From Laetmonice hystrix (Eukaryota): a stretch of DNA of 64,000 bases. The stretch is from NCBI GenBank assembly GCA_965235115.1, contig OZ249441.1, positions 25,296,001-25,360,000 on the forward strand, in the 5' to 3' direction. Below, one piece after another: positions 63,680 through 64,000 of the stretch. A model generated the notes under the pieces. That model ran no database searches. It was not told the DNA's origin and saw only the letters and a program-made list of their open reading frames with translations. Each line of letters opens with the position of its first letter. Positions within the stretch are counted from its first letter, which is position 1. The position numbers were made by a program, and so were the translations under genes.

Positions 63680-64000
63680 TACCGTCTCTTGTTTAGCCCA
63701 TAGACCATGTTGGGCCTTCCTATTTGATTTTGAGGAAAAAGACCTCATGCGTGAATGTATTCAAATAATGAGTAAGGTTTACCAATTTTTTACGAGGCCT
63801 AGTGTGGTAGAATAGAAAGTGGCAAGTAGGATGGGGACGGTCTCTATTTTATTTGGTAAAAGTGTGTTTTAGGCCTAATCGTCAACTTTTTTTGCTTCTG
63901 TAAGTTCTGATAAATATTGCTTGATACTGTTTTTTGTGATGTCAACGGCCAGGTGGGGCCCACCTAAAAAAAAATTTTAGCCTCGCTACGCTCGGCATGA

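Noticed and set aside
1-64000. Prokaryotic genes, operons, defence systems, rRNA, intact tRNA or snRNA
   Set aside because: Coding density is negligible. I saw no recognisable bacterial or phage proteins and no rRNA or snRNA signature sequences on reading, and the repeat types are eukaryotic.

Overview
This window is eukaryotic, mostly non-coding, AT-rich genomic DNA with scattered GC/CpG-rich patches. It is most likely from a marine invertebrate. That is an inference from the transposon types, the G/C homopolymer runs and the enrichment of TAGGCCTA and TACATGTA. I found no prokaryotic gene organisation, no rRNA, no intact tRNA, no CRISPR array and no protein-coding gene that I can name. The long ORFs in the ORF track (26.2-27.3 kb, 52.8-54.4 kb, 18.5-18.9 kb) are artefacts of tandem repeats. 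The sequence directly supports a dense set of short non-autonomous mobile elements. Several have readable TIRs and target-site duplications: a PIF/Harbinger-type element (TAA TSD, 14558-15231), a Kolobok-type element (TTAA TSD, 37344-37622), a Mutator/foldback-type element (9-bp TSD, 42953-43151), a 3-bp-TSD MITE (169-679), a nested foldback MITE (12850-13060) and a long-TIR MITE (50548-51437) that carries a tRNA-derived segment. There are also three copies of a Helentron/HINE(DINE-1)-like repeat, a tiny poly(A)-tailed insertion flanked by a ~48-bp direct repeat, four minisatellite arrays, perfect hairpins and one pre-miRNA-sized hairpin. A few weak candidate exons or pseudogene relics and several candidate cis-regulatory modules are reported at low confidence. 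I do not see a complete novel multi-gene system. The most interesting signals concern how mobile-element modules are exchanged and how they seed satellites.
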